Assembly: GCA_964523765.1 (NCBI GenBank)
Contig: CAZFZX010000006.1
Span: forward strand, 1-59,979
Length of the DNA stretch: 59,979 nucleotides
Origin: an uncultured Enterobacteriaceae bacterium
Lineage (GTDB): Bacteria; Pseudomonadota; Gammaproteobacteria; Ga0077536
Direction: 5' to 3'
The notes under the pieces: generated by a model
Databases searched by the model: none
Seen by the model: only the letters and a program-made list of their open reading frames with translations
What the model was told of the DNA's origin: nothing
Program-made: the position numbers and the translations under genes
Shown here: piece by piece, positions 37,581-46,429 of the stretch
How positions within the stretch are numbered: the stretch's first letter is position 1
How the letters are laid out: each line of letters opens with the position of its first letter

Positions 37581-38069
37581 CTAACCGGGCTCCGCCGCTT
37601 GCTGTCCCGCGTGGTAGGTTTCGTAGACATAGATCGGGATGTGCATCGATCCGAGGTGGCGTTCGATCAGCGGTTTGACCTCGGCCCATTGCATTCTACC
37701 CACGCCGGTCGCCAGCCGGGGCAGCGCCAGGGAAGCGATTTTTTCCTCGACAATGAACGCGGACAACGCATGGAGGGCGTGGCTGACGTGCGTTGCTGAA
37801 GCCGGTCCCGGCCGCTGATTGTGGCTCCGGGGCGGGTCCTGGGTGAGCAAATTGACGATCCGGGTGCCGTCCGCTCCGGCCCAAGCCCATAAGCCGCCTG
37901 CCTTGCAGCCGCCCGAGTGGCAATAGTGGCGAAAATCCTTGTACATTGCCGGCCACTGCTGGCGGAGCGACAAAGCCAGACCAGCGTCGAAATGGTCGTC
38001 CGGGGCAACGCCGTGGGCGATGGCGACTGCCTTGGTGAGGAGAATGTCGCCACTAACGTAATGCAACAT
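37581..38069 (-). CDS. macro-domain protein of the TARG1/OARD1 type (ADP-ribose-binding or ADP-ribosylhydrolase-like)
   Basis: YVSGDILLTKAVAIAHGV...DAGLALSL... and LALPRLATGVGRMQWAEVKPLIERHL...IPIYVY parallel the GDLF...SLAHCIS...GAGIA and MPRIGCGLDRLQWENV blocks of TARG1-type macro domains. It ends 39 bp upstream of the DUF1538 gene on the same strand. Confidence 0.6.
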   Translation of the reverse strand: MLHYVSGDILLTKAVAIAHGVAPDDHFDAGLALSLRQQWPAMYKDFRHYCHSGGCKAGGLWAWAGADGTRIVNLLTQDPPRSHNQRPGPASATHVSHALHALSAFIVEEKIASLALPRLATGVGRMQWAEVKPLIERHLGSMHIPIYVYETYHAGQQAAEPG

Positions 38070-38150
38070 AACCGGTTCCTTGTTCGGAATCCTTATTGGG
38101 TCGAATCCTGCGTCGACAGAGGAAATCTAGACGCTTTCGTCAATCGTCGA

Positions 38151-38164
38151 TTGCGCGAGATCAA
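38151..38164. promoter_or_regulatory. weaker FNR-type box TTGCG-CGAG-ATCAA (8/10)
   Basis: It lies in the divergent region, about 88 bp upstream of the macro-domain ATG (38069) and about 145 bp upstream of the TPP-enzyme ATG (38303). Confidence 0.25.
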
Positions 38165-38302
38165 GTATTGTGGCGTTTGTCCATCACAAATGCGGTGCGG
38201 GCCGAGGGCCCGTCCTACCGTTTCGTCTCCGCCTCGACAGGCTACATTCGCGGCCAACGCTCGTGGTAGCATCGTCGGTTCTTTACATCCGGGGACGGGG
38301 AA

Positions 38303-39952
38303 ATGGGAGTTCATGGGGGCAGGCTCGCGGCGCGGGCATTAAAACAGGCTGGCGTCGAGTGCATTTTCACGCTCAGCGGTGGTCACGTAATGGCGATTTA
38401 CGATGGCTGCCTCGACGAAGGTATCGATGTTATCGACGTCCGCCACGAACAGGCTGCGGTGCACGCGGCCGATGCGTGGAGCCGGATGAATCCCGGCAAG
38501 CTGGGGTGCGCCGTGTTGACCGCGGGGCCCGGCGTCACCGATGGGGTGACGGGCGTGGCGAACGCCTGGCGCGCCAACAGTCCCATCCTGGTGATCGGCG
38601 GGCAAGGGCCGTTTAACAACCTGCGGCGCGGATCGCTGCAGGAAATGGACCATGTGGCAGTAATGAAGCCCATCACCAAATGGGCCGACACCTGCTACGA
38701 CACGCGGCGGATCCCGGATTACATCGAGATGGGGATCCGTCATGCGGTTTCGGGCAACCCGGGACCGGCATTTCTGGAAATCCCGATGGATATCTTGAGT
38801 GCTGAAGTGGAATGGGAGGACGTGCGTTTCCCCACGATGCGCCCGGAGCCGCCGCTGTTCATTCCCCCCCAGGTCGACATCGACGCCGCCCTGAAGATTC
38901 TTACCGCCGCCGAGCGGCCGGTGATGATGGCTGGTACCAGCGTGAAATGGTCCAATGCATCGGCCGCCCTGCAGAAATTCATCGAAACCGTGCATATCCC
39001 GACGTTCGTGAACGGTATGGGGCGGGGCACGGTGAGACCCGGCACGCCGGAACTCTTAAATCGGGTAAGAAAAGAGGCCATCAGTCAGTGCGACGTGTTC
39101 GTTTGTGCCGGCGTGCTCCTCGATTTTCGTCTCGGCTACGGCGCTACGATCCCCGCCGATGCGAAGATCATCCAACTGGAGATCGAAAACGAACTGATCG
39201 GGACAAACCGTTCGGCCGATGCGGCGGTAGTCGGCAATATCGCCGCGGCTTTCGACGCGATGCTGGAATCGATCGGCAACAGCGATAACGTCCTGGATTA
39301 CAGCGGTTGGCGAGACACCTTGATCAGCCGCGAAACGGAGCTCGAAGAAGCCTTCGTCGCGCAACTGAATTCCGATGACGTGCCCATCGACCCATTGCGT
39401 TTGTGCCGTGAGATCCGGGATTTCGTGGTGGGTAAAGACATGATTCTCATTGGCGATGGCGGCGACATCGTCGCGCAGGCGTCGAAGGTCTTACCCGTCC
39501 CGGAAGAAAACTGCTGGATGGACCCCGGTCCCCTCGGCACGCTTGGCGTCGGAATGCCTTTCGCGCTGGCAGCCCAACTGGCCAAACCGGAAAAAAGGGT
39601 CCTGATCATCTACGGCGACGGGGCGTTCGGCTTAAACGGGTTTGAGTACGATACGGCGGTGCGGTTCGAACTGCCGATCGTCGGGATCGTCGGCGTCGAT
39701 GCGGCCTGGGGTCAAATGGCGAGACCGCAAGCCGCTGTTTTCGGGGTGAACCGGCTGGTAGCAACCAAGCTCAATTACACCCGCTACGATAAGATTGTCG
39801 AAGCCATGGGCGGACACGGCGAATACTGCGAACGGCCCGAGGAGATCGGGCCGGCTCTGGAACGAGCGTTCGCCTCCGGTAAGCCGGCACTCGTAAACGT
39901 CGTGATGCGCCAGGACATCGGCACCGGGATGAAAGGCAGCACCTATATTTGA
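38303..39952 (+). CDS. thiamine-diphosphate-dependent enzyme (acetolactate synthase large subunit / 2-hydroxyacyl-CoA lyase / oxalyl-CoA decarboxylase-like)
   Basis: LKQAGVECIFTLSGGHV...RHEQAAVHAADAW...LTAGPGVTDGVTGVANA...LQEMDH plus a C-terminal GDGAF..N TPP-binding motif (IIYGDGAFGLNG). Confidence 0.8.
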   Translation: MGVHGGRLAARALKQAGVECIFTLSGGHVMAIYDGCLDEGIDVIDVRHEQAAVHAADAWSRMNPGKLGCAVLTAGPGVTDGVTGVANAWRANSPILVIGGQGPFNNLRRGSLQEMDHVAVMKPITKWADTCYDTRRIPDYIEMGIRHAVSGNPGPAFLEIPMDILSAEVEWEDVRFPTMRPEPPLFIPPQVDIDAALKILTAAERPVMMAGTSVKWSNASAALQKFIETVHIPTFVNGMGRGTVRPGTPELLNRVRKEAISQCDVFVCAGVLLDFRLGYGATIPADAKIIQLEIENELIGTNRSADAAVVGNIAAAFDAMLESIGNSDNVLDYSGWRDTLISRETELEEAFVAQLNSDDVPIDPLRLCREIRDFVVGKDMILIGDGGDIVAQASKVLPVPEENCWMDPGPLGTLGVGMPFALAAQLAKPEKRVLIIYGDGAFGLNGFEYDTAVRFELPIVGIVGVDAAWGQMARPQAAVFGVNRLVATKLNYTRYDKIVEAMGGHGEYCERPEEIGPALERAFASGKPALVNVVMRQDIGTGMKGSTYI

Positions 39953-42822
39953 GTCTCGCGGGCGGGCGCGGCGTCGACGACATTGGATTCGTGTGCTAGA
40001 TCGGGCTCGCCGCAATGGGCGAGGATATGTCGGCGAGCGTGGTCCCTGAGCTTCACCGCTGCCGACCACGGGTCGAGGTCTCTATCCGGTGCCAATGATG
40101 CGCCAACGGCCACCGTTATCGCGCCGCGGCGCGGGTACCATGAGTGTGCTCGCAGTATCGAACGGGTACCGTGGATCGCGATCGGGACGACCTCGACCCC
40201 GGCCGCGACGGCGGCTGTGAAAGCACCCATGTGAAACGGCAGGACGCCCGGCATCCGTTTGAACGTGCCTTCGGGAAACACCATCAACGCATGCGACTCG
40301 GCCACGGCCCCCGCGGCGTCCTCCAGTTCGGCGATCCCTTTGGTGCGGTCGAAGCGCTCAACGAAACGCGCGCCGATCCGGGCCAATGGACGGCGCAGCA
40401 GCCAGGATTGCCGGAGTTCGCCCTTGACCAGAAAATCCACCGGGTACGGCAGCAGGGATACGAGCAACGGGCCGTCGAGATAGCTCTGGTGGTTGGCGAC
40501 GAACACGCACGCCCGCGGCCGTGGCGGGATGCCTCCCTCGACCGAGATCGGGGTTGCGGTGAGCGGCGCGAGAGAACGCGCTAGCGCTCCGATGCCTCGC
40601 CACAGGACCGTCCGTGGCAACACCATCGCCAGCGACCAGGTGCAGACGCCGACCACGGAAAATACGCCCCAGGCATAGCACGCAAACGCTGACTCAGCCG
40701 CGAACCGGAAAAGCCGGCGCAACTGGGGCGCGATCCCCGCGATCCCGAGCCGCACAATCTGCACCCAGACGGCTTTCTCTTGCTGCGCCAACTGACCGCG
40801 CTCATACAACTTACGACTCGCGGCGCGCCGGATTTTCCCGCTCGAAGTTTTCAATATCGTGTTGGGGGCGACCAGAACGACGTCGTCTGGCGGCGCCGTT
40901 ACCACATCGGTGGCGATTTCGTTGATGGCGGTACGCAAGCGCTCACGGGCTTCCGGTTGTTTCTTGCGCGTCTCCGCCAGCACCACCAGCCGCTCGGTAC
41001 CGGTCTGCGCGTCGGCTGAGCCGAAAACCGCCACGCGGCCTTTGCGAATACCGTCTAGTTCGCCGATCAAATCCTCGAGTTCGGTAGGATAGATATTGCG
41101 CCCCGCGCGAATGATGAGGTCTTTGCTGCGGCCGGTGATGAACAACTCGCCTGCCGCGATGTAGGCAAGGTCGCCCGTCTCCAACCAATCGTCCTGAAAC
41201 AGCCCGGCGGTTTTTTCCTGGTTGCGGTAATAGCCGCGCGTAGCGGACGGCCCGCGAAACTGCAGCCGTCCTTCATTGCGCTCCGGTAATTCGCGGCCCG
41301 AGCCGTCGACCACGCGGATCTCATGGCGCGGCAGCGGCAAGCCGCAGCTGACGATCCGCAGCGCCTCACCCGCCGACGTCTCGGGCGCTATAGGCCGCGC
41401 CTGCGCTTCTCTCGCCAGAGTGCTGCGGTTTATCGTATCCACCAGCGGACCCCGCCCGATCGGGCTGAAGGTCAATCCGACGGAGCATTCGGCGAGCCCG
41501 TAGACGGGAAACATCGCGGTGCGGCGAAACCCATAGGCGGCAAACCGCTCACAGAAAGCTTCCATCGTCGCCGGACTGATCGCCTCGGCGCCATTGGCGA
41601 CGATCCGCCAATGGCTGAGATCGAGGCCTTCGATATCTTTGTCTTCGATCCGCCGCAAACAGAGCTCAAAAGCGAAATTGGGCGCCGCCGACAAGGTCCC
41701 CTGGTAACGGTGTATCGCCCACAACCAGCGCTGCGGTCGGCTTAGAAACTGTAGCGGCGGCATGATCACGAGCCGGATCGCATGATAGAGGCTGCCGAAC
41801 CAGGCTCCGATCAATCCCATGTCGTGATAGAGCGGTAACCAGCTGACGAATACGTCGCGGGAATTGACCTGCATGCCGGTGCCGTCAGCACGAATATTGG
41901 CGAGGAGGTTGGCGTGCGACAACGCAACGCCCTTCGGGTCACCGGTGCTACCCGAAGTGTATTGGAGAAAACCGATATCCTCCGCACGCCGCACGACGGG
42001 TTCACGCGCGAAGTCGGGCTCAGTGAGTTCGCCGACGGTAAAAACGTGCCTGAGCGAGTCGACTTGGGAGGTCAGCAGATGCGCTACGGTTTTCGCGTCG
42101 GCGACGGTGATCAGCATGCTCGCGCGACAGTTTCCGAGAATGCTGCTCTGACGGCGTAGATGGTCCTCGAGTTGTGCGCGCCTTACCGGCGGATAGATTG
42201 GTACCGGAACGGCGCCGGCTAGAACGACGCCATAGAAGGCGAAAAAATAGTCGCGACTCGTCGGCAGCATCAGTGCGACGGTTTCCCCCGGATCCAGTCC
42301 GTACTTCTGTAACCCCGCGGCCACCGCCGAGGCGCCGTCCCATAATCCCCGATACGTAATGATTTCGCCGTCTGTGTAATCGTCGTAGAACTGTATGTGC
42401 GCCCGTTCGGGATTGCGCTCGACGTGCCAGCGCAAAATGTCGGACAAGGTTTCGGCGCCGTCGGGAGCCGGTTCGGCGTCGCCGGACGTCACGTCGATCG
42501 CTTCGAGCGACAGTTTCGCTGTCTTACCGCCCGCGGCCCTAATTAAGGCCCGGAGTACATCACGCGGCGTTTCGGCCGAGGTGGTCCATTGCTCGGAAAG
42601 GGTCACACCGAAGGTACGTTCGACCCGGGCAAACATCTCGACCCGTCCGAGGCTGTCCAGTCCGAGATCCCGATCGAAAGACGAATCCAGGGTCGGCGGG
42701 CGAGCGGAGGTGTCATGCGGGTGCAGTTCGTGAGTGACGGCGGCCACCACGTCGAGCAGAGTGGCGGCGGCGCGCTTCGGATCGGTCATCGAGGGTACGG
42801 ACGATGGGGACGAGGAATCCAT
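39943..42822 (-). CDS. tri-domain fusion: N-terminal acyl-carrier domain, fatty-acyl-AMP-ligase-type adenylation domain, TM segment(s), and C-terminal PlsC-type (lysophospholipid) acyltransferase
   Basis: ACP-like DLGLDSLGRVEMF (Ser57, 42652-42654). AMP-binding FLQYTSGSTGDPKGV with the FAAL-like LAGAVPVPIYPP. Hydrophobic FACYAWGVFSVVGVCTWSLAMVL. Acyltransferase blocks NHQSYLD (HxxxxD, 40474-40491) and VFPEGT. It overlaps the TPP gene 3' end by 10 bp (convergent). Confidence 0.8.
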   Translation of the reverse strand: MDSSSPSSVPSMTDPKRAAATLLDVVAAVTHELHPHDTSARPPTLDSSFDRDLGLDSLGRVEMFARVERTFGVTLSEQWTTSAETPRDVLRALIRAAGGKTAKLSLEAIDVTSGDAEPAPDGAETLSDILRWHVERNPERAHIQFYDDYTDGEIITYRGLWDGASAVAAGLQKYGLDPGETVALMLPTSRDYFFAFYGVVLAGAVPVPIYPPVRRAQLEDHLRRQSSILGNCRASMLITVADAKTVAHLLTSQVDSLRHVFTVGELTEPDFAREPVVRRAEDIGFLQYTSGSTGDPKGVALSHANLLANIRADGTGMQVNSRDVFVSWLPLYHDMGLIGAWFGSLYHAIRLVIMPPLQFLSRPQRWLWAIHRYQGTLSAAPNFAFELCLRRIEDKDIEGLDLSHWRIVANGAEAISPATMEAFCERFAAYGFRRTAMFPVYGLAECSVGLTFSPIGRGPLVDTINRSTLAREAQARPIAPETSAGEALRIVSCGLPLPRHEIRVVDGSGRELPERNEGRLQFRGPSATRGYYRNQEKTAGLFQDDWLETGDLAYIAAGELFITGRSKDLIIRAGRNIYPTELEDLIGELDGIRKGRVAVFGSADAQTGTERLVVLAETRKKQPEARERLRTAINEIATDVVTAPPDDVVLVAPNTILKTSSGKIRRAASRKLYERGQLAQQEKAVWVQIVRLGIAGIAPQLRRLFRFAAESAFACYAWGVFSVVGVCTWSLAMVLPRTVLWRGIGALARSLAPLTATPISVEGGIPPRPRACVFVANHQSYLDGPLLVSLLPYPVDFLVKGELRQSWLLRRPLARIGARFVERFDRTKGIAELEDAAGAVAESHALMVFPEGTFKRMPGVLPFHMGAFTAAVAAGVEVVPIAIHGTRSILRAHSWYPRRGAITVAVGASLAPDRDLDPWSAAVKLRDHARRHILAHCGEPDLAHESNVVDAAPARETQI

Positions 42823-42857
42823 GTGTTTCCACCCGCGAGTTTCGAGCTAAGTAGGTG

Positions 42858-43017
42858 CTCCGAAAGATGCTTCACTTTCGTCGTTACTCCAACTGCCGTC
42901 ACCCCGGACTTGATCCGGGGTCCAGTCAAACGATGTCCGCCTGCGGCGGGCTTCTTCTACTGGATGCCGGATCAAGTCCGGCATGACGAAAGTGATCGAT
43001 ATTTCGGATCAATTATC
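42858..43017 (+). repeat. MITE-like repeat, long form, copy D (best-preserved nested palindrome)
   Basis: Termini CCGAAAGATGCTTCACTTTCGTC and GACGAAAGTGATCGATATTTCGG are inverted repeats. Internal hairpins are CCCCGGA-CTTGA-TCCGGGG, CCGCC-TGC-GGCGG and GCCGGA-TCAAG-TCCGGC. The right end is ...GGATCAATTATC. Confidence 0.85.
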
Positions 43018-43116
43018 TAGAGTAAACGAATCGCGTACGGCTAACCACGGAGAAAACTGGGTCGATTCGCTCGTGCTCTCAGTGGCCATTTATACGCTTC
43101 GGTCACACGCGGCGCC

Positions 43117-44268
43117 TCAGCTGTCCCCTTTCGGTACGATGCGCAACAACTTGCCGTCCCATTCGTCGGTTAACAGATAGAGATACCCGTCCGGCCCTTG
43201 GACGACGTCGCGGATGCGACCGAAGTCGCCGTCCAGCATACGTACTTCATCGACGATCTGATCACCGCGAACGACCAGACGCACTAACAAACCAAACTTG
43301 AGGGAGCCGCCGAACAGATCGCCGCGCCACGCCGGAAACGCTTCGCCGGTGTAGAACGTCATACCGGACGGGGCAATCGAAGGAACCCATTTGTGAATGG
43401 GTTGCACCATGCCGGGTTTGTGCGTCCCTTCGCCGATCTTGGTACCGATACCGTAGTTGCGCCCGTAGGTAATGACCGGCCATCCATAGTTGGCGCCCAC
43501 GCGCATGATGTTGACCTCGTCACCGCCCTGCGGGCCGTGCTCATGGGTCCAAACTTCCCGCGTATCCGGATGAACCGCTATCCCCTGTATGTTGCGATTC
43601 CCGGTGGTATAGATGCCGGGCGCGGCGCCGGGTTTTCCGTGGAACGGATTGTCTTTGGGCACGGTACCGTCGCTGTGCAAGCGGACCAGCGAACCCGAAT
43701 GCAGGCTCGGGTCCTGTGCGTCATCGCGCTGGCCGCGTTCGCCCAGGGTAATGAACAGGTATCCGGCGTCGTCGAACAGCAGGCGTCCGCCGAAGTGCCT
43801 GCCGCCGCCGGCTTTCGGCTGGGCGCGAAAGATTACCTCGTGCCCGGTGAGTTCCGCGCCGTCGAATCGCGCGCGCAGCACCTCGGTGGAGTAACCGCCG
43901 GGCCCGTGCCCGGCGTAGCTGAGATAAATCCAACGCGTCTGTTCGAATTCGGGATGCAAGGCGATGCCCATTAACCCCCCCTGCCCGTGCTCCGTGATCG
44001 GCGGCACCCCACTGATCGGCGTCGGGACGAGTGCACCTCGCGCAAACAGGCGCAGAGCGCCCCCGCGTTCGGTGATCAGGATGTCACCGTCCGGCAAAAA
44101 GGCCATGCCCCAGGGATTAGCGAGCCCCGCGGTGACGGGTTCGATTCGGATCCCCGCCGAATCCGCAGACAGTGAAGAACTGCCGAGTGCCAAGGCAATC
44201 AGCAGACACAGCGCCCCCGCGAGTCCTGGTTCCGGTCGCCGGTCGCCTCTGAAATCGGATCGCTTCAT
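43117..44268 (-). CDS. PQQ-dependent sugar dehydrogenase (soluble aldose/sorbosone dehydrogenase, YliI-like), secreted
   Basis: Signal peptide. LANPWGMAFLPDGDILITERGG...HGQGGLMGIALHPEF...HFGGRLLF...GNRNIQG...EHGPQGGDE. Confidence 0.85.
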   Translation of the reverse strand: MKRSDFRGDRRPEPGLAGALCLLIALALGSSSLSADSAGIRIEPVTAGLANPWGMAFLPDGDILITERGGALRLFARGALVPTPISGVPPITEHGQGGLMGIALHPEFEQTRWIYLSYAGHGPGGYSTEVLRARFDGAELTGHEVIFRAQPKAGGGRHFGGRLLFDDAGYLFITLGERGQRDDAQDPSLHSGSLVRLHSDGTVPKDNPFHGKPGAAPGIYTTGNRNIQGIAVHPDTREVWTHEHGPQGGDEVNIMRVGANYGWPVITYGRNYGIGTKIGEGTHKPGMVQPIHKWVPSIAPSGMTFYTGEAFPAWRGDLFGGSLKFGLLVRLVVRGDQIVDEVRMLDGDFGRIRDVVQGPDGYLYLLTDEWDGKLLRIVPKGDS

Positions 44269-44284
44269 GCGGATGTCTTTCTAC

Positions 44285-45100
44285 TCAGTTCATTCTGATC
44301 CCGCCGCACACGTTCAACGCCTGGGCGGTGATCTCTTTGGCCTCGTCGGACGCGAGGAACACGGCGGTGTTACCGATGTCCTCGGCGGTTTGCGGGTTGC
44401 CAAACGGGATCATCTGCTTGACGACGGCGTCATAGGCGTCCTCCGGCGAAGCGCCGTCGAGGGCCGGATTCGTGCGGGTCATATACTCCGCCAATCGTTC
44501 CCACATGGGCGTCCAGATAATACCCGGACAGATGCAATTCACATTCACATGGTACGGCGCGAGTTGCAACGCGATCGATTGCGTCAGCGAGATCACGCCG
44601 GCCTTGCTGGCCGCATACGCCGGTAGAAACTCGACACCCTGGCGACCCGCGACCGAAGAGATATTGATGATGCGGCCGCTGCCTTGCTCCTTGAAGTAGG
44701 GAACCACGGCGCGGCAGGACAGGAACACGCCTTTCAAGTTGACGTCCATGACCAGATCCCAGTCCGCTTCCAGGACATTTTCGATCAGCGGCGGGGTCTC
44801 CGGCGCTGTGGTCGGAAGACCGTCGACACCGGCGTTACAAACGATCGTATCGATGCGACCGAAAGCGGCGCGCGCGGCCTCGACCATCTGCCCGCAGTCG
44901 TCCGCGCTACGAACGTCCGCCTGGTTGGCGATTGCTTCACTTCCCGTCTGCCGTACCTTCTCGGCGACCGCATTCGCCCGATCCAGGTTCGCGTCGCTCA
45001 CCACGACGCGCGCGCCCTCTCGTGCCAGGCACAAACTGATCCCTTCACCGAGGCCGCCGCCTCCGCCGGTAACGATCGCTACATTGTCTTCTAAACGCAT
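44285..45100 (-). CDS. SDR-family oxidoreductase
   Basis: ATG 45100 follows AGGAGGGAG. VAIVTGGGGGLGEG...NAG...YAASKAG. Confidence 0.85.
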   Translation of the reverse strand: MRLEDNVAIVTGGGGGLGEGISLCLAREGARVVVSDANLDRANAVAEKVRQTGSEAIANQADVRSADDCGQMVEAARAAFGRIDTIVCNAGVDGLPTTAPETPPLIENVLEADWDLVMDVNLKGVFLSCRAVVPYFKEQGSGRIINISSVAGRQGVEFLPAYAASKAGVISLTQSIALQLAPYHVNVNCICPGIIWTPMWERLAEYMTRTNPALDGASPEDAYDAVVKQMIPFGNPQTAEDIGNTAVFLASDEAKEITAQALNVCGGIRMN

Positions 45101-45367
45101 TTTTCTAGCTCCCTCCTGAACTGTCACCGACTGCGCGCGTCAGTGTAACCGAACAACAGTCTACGCCGACACGATACCGTTCGCCCGAATGCGGTGGACT
45201 CGGGATGGCCACTGTGGAAATATCCTCCGGCAGGGGATCGCGTCCCGTACGCGGGGCCAAGATCGGACGCCGCCGGGATCGGCGGACGTTTTCCCAACGG
45301 TCGGTGACATGGCTTGAGCGCCGGAAAGACGGCCACATTCAAAAAGTAAAAAGTCGGGAAACACTAT

Positions 45368-46396
45368 ATGGCTGACAACCCCATCGATCACTTTACGGTC
45401 GACAATGACGATTTTCGTTACATCGGTCGCGACCTGCAGCGGCCGGAATGCATACTTGCCGAAAAGGACGGTACCTTGTGGTCGGCAGACGCGCGCGGGG
45501 GAGTCGTTCGGATCGCAGCCGACGGCCGGCAAACCATCGTCACGCAAGCCCACTCGGAGGCCTTCGGAGCCGGCGACGAGGATTCCGAGAAGTTCACGGC
45601 GGGGACCCTGCCGAACGGCCTCGCATTCGCCGATAACGGCGACATCTGGATCTCGAACTTCGGCACCGACTGCCTCGAACGCATGACCCGCTCGGGCGCG
45701 AGCAAAGTTGTTCTGGACCGGGTCGACGGCGAAGCGATTGGCAAAGTGAATTTCATCGCACGCGACAGCCGCAACCGGATCTGGATCACGGTCTCGACCC
45801 TGATCCCCGAGTGGCCGCGAGCGCTTTGCAAGGACGTCGTGGATGGCCGCGTCCTGCTGTACGAGCAAGGCAAGGGCGCCCGCGTCGTCGCCGACAATCT
45901 GCACTTTACGAACGAATGCAAGCTCGATGCGCGCGAAGAGTATCTCTATGTCGTTCAGACCTGCGGGCGTAACGTAGTGCGCTATCGGATCGAGCCGGGC
46001 GGGGACCTGACTGGCCGCGAAGTTTTCGGTCCACGAGACCACGGCCGTTTCATCGACGGCATTGCGTTCGACGCCTACGGTAACCTGTGGGGCACTTACA
46101 TCATGAATGATGGTATTTTCGCCATCACGCCGGACGGTGAACGCAAGATGATTTTTGATGACTCGACCGGGGAGGAAACGAAAAAGCTCGATGATGCATT
46201 CCAGACCGGGCAACCCCTTGCAATGGATCTGCTCCTGGAATGCGGCGGTACGGTAGCGCCGTGGTGTGCCTCGGTAACGTTCGGCGGGACGGACTTAAAG
46301 ACGGTCTATGTTGGCAGCCTGCGGGGAACGACGATCCCGTATTTCGCCTCGCCCGTAGCCGGGCTGCCGATGGTCCATTGGAACGCGACCTACTGA
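45368..46396 (+). CDS. SMP-30/gluconolactonase/strictosidine-synthase-like beta-propeller protein
   Basis: PECILAEKDGTLWSAD...LPNGLAFADNGDIWISN...ARDSRNRIWIT...IDGIAFDAYGNLWG. The antisense ORF 45161..46213 was rejected as a shadow ORF. Confidence 0.75.
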   Translation: MADNPIDHFTVDNDDFRYIGRDLQRPECILAEKDGTLWSADARGGVVRIAADGRQTIVTQAHSEAFGAGDEDSEKFTAGTLPNGLAFADNGDIWISNFGTDCLERMTRSGASKVVLDRVDGEAIGKVNFIARDSRNRIWITVSTLIPEWPRALCKDVVDGRVLLYEQGKGARVVADNLHFTNECKLDAREEYLYVVQTCGRNVVRYRIEPGGDLTGREVFGPRDHGRFIDGIAFDAYGNLWGTYIMNDGIFAITPDGERKMIFDDSTGEETKKLDDAFQTGQPLAMDLLLECGGTVAPWCASVTFGGTDLKTVYVGSLRGTTIPYFASPVAGLPMVHWNATY

Positions 46397-46429
46397 GCCG
46401 ATGAAAAGAGCCGAGGCGCGCTGAACGGT

